DNA of 64,000 nucleotides from an uncultured Coxiellaceae bacterium (GTDB lineage Bacteria; Pseudomonadota; Gammaproteobacteria; DSM-16500): NCBI GenBank assembly GCA_964622455.1, contig CAZUQP010000001.1, positions 17,472 to 81,471 of the forward strand, read 5' to 3'. Shown piece by piece: positions 60,455 to 64,000 of this stretch (position 1 is its first letter; each line of letters starts with the position of its first letter). The notes under the pieces were generated by a model. It saw only the letters and a program-made list of their open reading frames with translations, ran no database searches and was not told where the DNA came from. The position numbers and the translations under genes were made by a program.

Positions 60455-63400
60455 TTAAATCAAAATTTGTTTTTTCTTGCCGTGAGGTGCGGGTAAAAAT
60501 CCTATTTGACATAAATACTGAATAGTTTTTTGTAAAAAGGCTTGATCAATGCTTGGATAAGCAATATTAAGCTCATTCAGTATTTTGTCAGTATGACTAG
60601 TCTCGATGATAGGCGTGATCGGTTCATTTGTTTTGGCAAGGTAATAGGGCAATAAAGGATATAATGCATTATCAAAATGAATTTCAGATAATGCGTGCAA
60701 CCACTCAGGATATTTACTTAACTTGATCGCGTACCCATGATCATTTAGCCATGCGATAATTTGTGTGAAGAGAATTTTTTTAGGTAGATCAAATTGGAAT
60801 ACGTTGCTTTTTTCTAAAGAATGAAGTGATATACTGACGATAGCCTTGCTTACAAAATCGATGGGCTGAAGTAAAATTTTTTGTGTCCGCTTGGGCGCAC
60901 ATTTTAGTTGAATACATCCCTTAACCAATATAAAAAATTCATTATGTGGATACGTGATGCCATTATTTGTTTGGCCAGAAAGATGACCTACGCGATAAAT
61001 GCAAACGGGCAATCCACGGTTTTTGATTTGGGCCAATAAGCGCTCTGCTACCCATTGGCTCATGGCATAATTATCTAATGTTAGATTGATGTTTGTATCT
61101 AAAAATGTTTCAGTTAACCGATGTTTTTTGTCGAATGGCAATGCTGAATACAAGGTTGAAATATAGTGAATAGGCTTATTAAATTTTTGTAAGGCAAATT
61201 TAATAATTTCTGATGTTCCCTGTGCGTAGTAGCTTCGTAATTTGGCGTAAGAAGTCATCCTATTGATATGTGCGGCACCATGATAAATGAGATCAATTTT
61301 TTCAGATAAATTATGATAAAGCTCTAAGGGAATACCGAATTGATCAAGGCTAACATCGCCAGAAATTAAAATAATACGACGGTCCGATAATGAAACTTCA
61401 TTCGATAATTCATATTGATTGATAAGGTGCGTAAGACATTCAGCAGCGCTTTCAAATTTTCCTTTATGGATGAGGCAATAAATCGTAGCGTTTGTTTGTT
61501 CCAATAGTTCTTTAAGCAAATAAATTCCTAAATAATCTGTCACGGAAGTTAATAAAATATGTTGAGGCGGCCCTGATTTTTTGTTTGAAATGGAGTGGGG
61601 CAGTAAATCATCTCGTAAGGTAGCATCGCGTTCAATTTCTTCCGGCAGAGAAGATTGATAAGTGTATTCTTTTCCAGATGATGCAATATATTCAGCTATT
61701 ACAGGAATAAAAGGAAAATTAAATAAAATAGCAGGTGGAATAGCGATATTAAATTTCTCAAGTATTTTTACCGATAATTCTGCGACATGAAGAGAGTTTG
61801 CGCCATAATCAAAAAAATTATCGGTAATGCTGACGCGTTCTAAATTAAATATATTTTGCCAAATATCAGCAATGTTTTTTTCTATTTCATTGCGCGGGGC
61901 CACGTGGTTTCTTTCAAGCAATTGATTAAAATCTTCAGGTGGCGGCAATGATCTCCAATCAATTTTTCCATTAAAAGTCAGCGGAAATTGAGATAATACA
62001 GTTAATGAAGTGGGGATCATATAATCAGGTAGATTTTTTTTCAGTGCTTTTTGCAAATCGCGGCGCGCGGCAGCACTTTGTAAGGTTTCCATTAAATTAT
62101 GAGTTGTTAAATAATATTCGATACATTTTTGTAATAGTGATTTTTGTTTAGGTGTTTGATCAAACTTGATTCCGGCACGTACCGCTTGTTTCCATATGAC
62201 TTTACCGGTGAGCCACTGACTTTCGCTAAATCCTGGAAGTTTTAAGTTGATTTGCAATTCTTGATCCAATGGTAAATCAACTGTATCACCATTGATTGCA
62301 ACACCTTCTTTGGAAATATCTTCACTTAAAAATTGTAAATAACGAACATCATTGGGGGCAATTAAACAGCGGGTTTGATAGGGAATACGGATTCGATCTA
62401 CATTAGGTACAAGATAAGCAATTAATTTTTTTTGTCTTGTTTTTGTTTCTCTTTCAAGGACAACTAGTTCATTTACATCAGTATACTGGCTGAGAGTGAC
62501 GGCAATTTTATTGAGCTCTATTTGATAACCATTCATTTTTATATCGTGATTATTGCGCCCCATAAATTCTAAATTACCATCTTCTAACCAGCGAACCCTA
62601 TCTCCCGTGCGATATAATTTTGCGTCCAGATCACTGATAAATAGATGACGGATAAATTTTTCGCGTGTTAGTTGCGCTCGATTAAAATAACCTGCAGAAA
62701 GATTAGCGCCGCCGATTAAAAGTTCTCCAGCACAGCCAACAGGAACGGGTTCTAAATGATGGTCGACGACATAAACTTCTGCATTTGCAATCGGTTTTCC
62801 GATGGGCGGCGGAATATGTTTAGAAGATTGATTTTCAGGAAGAGTATTGGCCTGAAAAATTTTGATATAAGTGGTCTCAATGGTTCCCTCTGTCGGCCCG
62901 TAAGTGTTCCAAATATCAAATGAAAAAGATTGTCTTGGGTAGTGTAGGATGCTTTCACCGCCTATCTTAACAATCCGTAAATTATTGTTTTCTGGCCATG
63001 GCATATTAAATAATATCTGGGCATAAGCTGTTGGTAAATCGCACACGGTAATTTTTTGGTGTGCAAGCCATGAGAGAAATACAGAGGGAATTAATTTAGT
63101 GTTGTCATCAATAATATGAATACTGGCTCCTACGGTCAAAAAAGGCAGTGTTTCACAAAAAAATGTGTCAAATCCCTGAGAGGAAAATTGAGAGGCGCGA
63201 TCATTCGCTGTCATTAAGAAAGAAGTTTTATACCAATTAATTAAATTAATGAGGCTGTGATGTTTAACTATCACCCCCTTTGGTTCTTCCGTTGTGCCGG
63301 AAGTATAAATAATATAGGCCGCGCGTTCGCCATGCGAAAGTCTTAAGGGTAACGCATGTTTTGAAAATTTTTTCGCTTCTGAATGATTAGCATCCATCAC

Positions 63401-64000
63401 AATGCATTTATAAATAAGATCAACAGGAACTTGTTCTGTATTATCTGCCAAAATTAAACGTGATTTACAATCGTCTAAAATAAATTTTATTCGTTCAGAT
63501 GGATATTTTGGGTTAACAGGAACGTAAATTGCGCCTATTTTAAAGATAGCTAACATGATAGCAATTAACGTTGGCGTACGCTCCATGATAACGGCAACAG
63601 GATCGCCAGCGCGAATTTTTTTTTGTAAAATAAATTGCGCAATTTGATTAGAGATTTCATCGAGTTGTTGGTAACTTACAGTTAAATTATCATGAATAAC
63701 GGCTGGGTGGTTTGGTAATATTTTTGCTTGTTTCGTAAATAAATCATGGACACAATCTGTTTTGTTAATTTTATTCCAATTGTAATGTGACATATTCCAT
63801 TCATGCAGTAATTCTTTTTTTTCTTTTTTGGTTAAAATAGAATAATGATGGGTGAATTGTTCGCTGTAGGCTGATATTTTATCAAGTATAACGATAAAAT
63901 GATCCGCTAAATTTTTTATACTGTTCTCTGTAAACTTTTCTTTATTATACAATAAACTAAAATTTATCGTTTTTTTATTTTTAAGTAAAAATAAAAATGG
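60455..64000 (-). CDS. Nonribosomal peptide synthetase module, 5'-partial: (C-domain tail)-A[PilZ-like insert]-T-R*(degenerate reductase-like)
   Basis: A cores are YIIYTSGTTEEPKGV, NTYGPTE, GELLIGGANLSAGY, YRTGDRVRW, GRNNHDIKMNGYQIEL, LPDYMIP and NGKIDW. The PCP reads DNFFDYGANSL, and a C-terminal thioester-reductase-like domain follows. The ORF track starts at TTG 63952, but the frame has no stop up to 64000. The residues there (TINFSLLYNKEKFTENSIKNLADHFIVIL) read like the end of a condensation domain. Confidence 0.85.
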   Translation of the reverse strand, partial: PFLFLLKNKKTINFSLLYNKEKFTENSIKNLADHFIVILDKISAYSEQFTHHYSILTKKEKKELLHEWNMSHYNWNKINKTDCVHDLFTKQAKILPNHPAVIHDNLTVSYQQLDEISNQIAQFILQKKIRAGDPVAVIMERTPTLIAIMLAIFKIGAIYVPVNPKYPSERIKFILDDCKSRLILADNTEQVPVDLIYKCIVMDANHSEAKKFSKHALPLRLSHGERAAYIIYTSGTTEEPKGVIVKHHSLINLINWYKTSFLMTANDRASQFSSQGFDTFFCETLPFLTVGASIHIIDDNTKLIPSVFLSWLAHQKITVCDLPTAYAQILFNMPWPENNNLRIVKIGGESILHYPRQSFSFDIWNTYGPTEGTIETTYIKIFQANTLPENQSSKHIPPPIGKPIANAEVYVVDHHLEPVPVGCAGELLIGGANLSAGYFNRAQLTREKFIRHLFISDLDAKLYRTGDRVRWLEDGNLEFMGRNNHDIKMNGYQIELNKIAVTLSQYTDVNELVVLERETKTRQKKLIAYLVPNVDRIRIPYQTRCLIAPNDVRYLQFLSEDISKEGVAINGDTVDLPLDQELQINLKLPGFSESQWLTGKVIWKQAVRAGIKFDQTPKQKSLLQKCIEYYLTTHNLMETLQSAAARRDLQKALKKNLPDYMIPTSLTVLSQFPLTFNGKIDWRSLPPPEDFNQLLERNHVAPRNEIEKNIADIWQNIFNLERVSITDNFFDYGANSLHVAELSVKILEKFNIAIPPAILFNFPFIPVIAEYIASSGKEYTYQSSLPEEIERDATLRDDLLPHSISNKKSGPPQHILLTSVTDYLGIYLLKELLEQTNATIYCLIHKGKFESAAECLTHLINQYELSNEVSLSDRRIILISGDVSLDQFGIPLELYHNLSEKIDLIYHGAAHINRMTSYAKLRSYYAQGTSEIIKFALQKFNKPIHYISTLYSALPFDKKHRLTETFLDTNINLTLDNYAMSQWVAERLLAQIKNRGLPVCIYRVGHLSGQTNNGITYPHNEFFILVKGCIQLKCAPKRTQKILLQPIDFVSKAIVSISLHSLEKSNVFQFDLPKKILFTQIIAWLNDHGYAIKLSKYPEWLHALSEIHFDNALYPLLPYYLAKTNEPITPIIETSHTDKILNELNIAYPSIDQAFLQKTIQYLCQIGFLPAPHGKKKQILI

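Overview
AT-rich gammaproteobacterial chromosome segment. Synteny, the effector-like genes and PmrA-type promoter boxes suggest an intracellular Legionellales-type organism, but the taxon is an inference. The backbone is conserved housekeeping DNA: ssrA-smpB, ratA-rnfH, bamE/fur, an FMN-riboswitch-controlled ribD-ribE-ribBA-ribH operon, recN-nadK, hrcA-grpE-dnaK-dnaJ, greA-rlmE-ftsH-glmM, an HU-like gene, rplM-rpsI, tRNA-Gln, sspAB, the rsmI / lpoA-yraN-diaA-BON cluster, rnpB, a dcw cluster from mraZ to ftsZ, lpxC, secA-mutT, dapE-dapD and msbA-lpxK. Orphan genes with eukaryote-like or effector-like features sit at the junctions of these operons. They are a Hanks-type Ser/Thr kinase with an NLS-like tail, a 608-aa repeat protein between rnpB and mraZ, a WD40-like protein ending in a CaaX box plus a multi-TM protein inserted between ftsI and murE, a clan-CD (C80/CPD-like) cysteine protease-like protein between ftsZ and lpxC, and two small paralogous disordered proteins. 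Several of them carry a tandem TTAA-N7-TTAA box resembling the PmrA operator of Dot/Icm effector regulons. The right end holds a large NRPS gene that runs off the window. Its adenylation domain is interrupted by a PilZ-like domain, and its terminal reductase-like domain has degenerate cofactor and catalytic motifs. I consider this the most novel object in the window. No CRISPR arrays, IS elements or rRNA genes were seen. All domain calls rest on motif reading by eye; no database searches were run.
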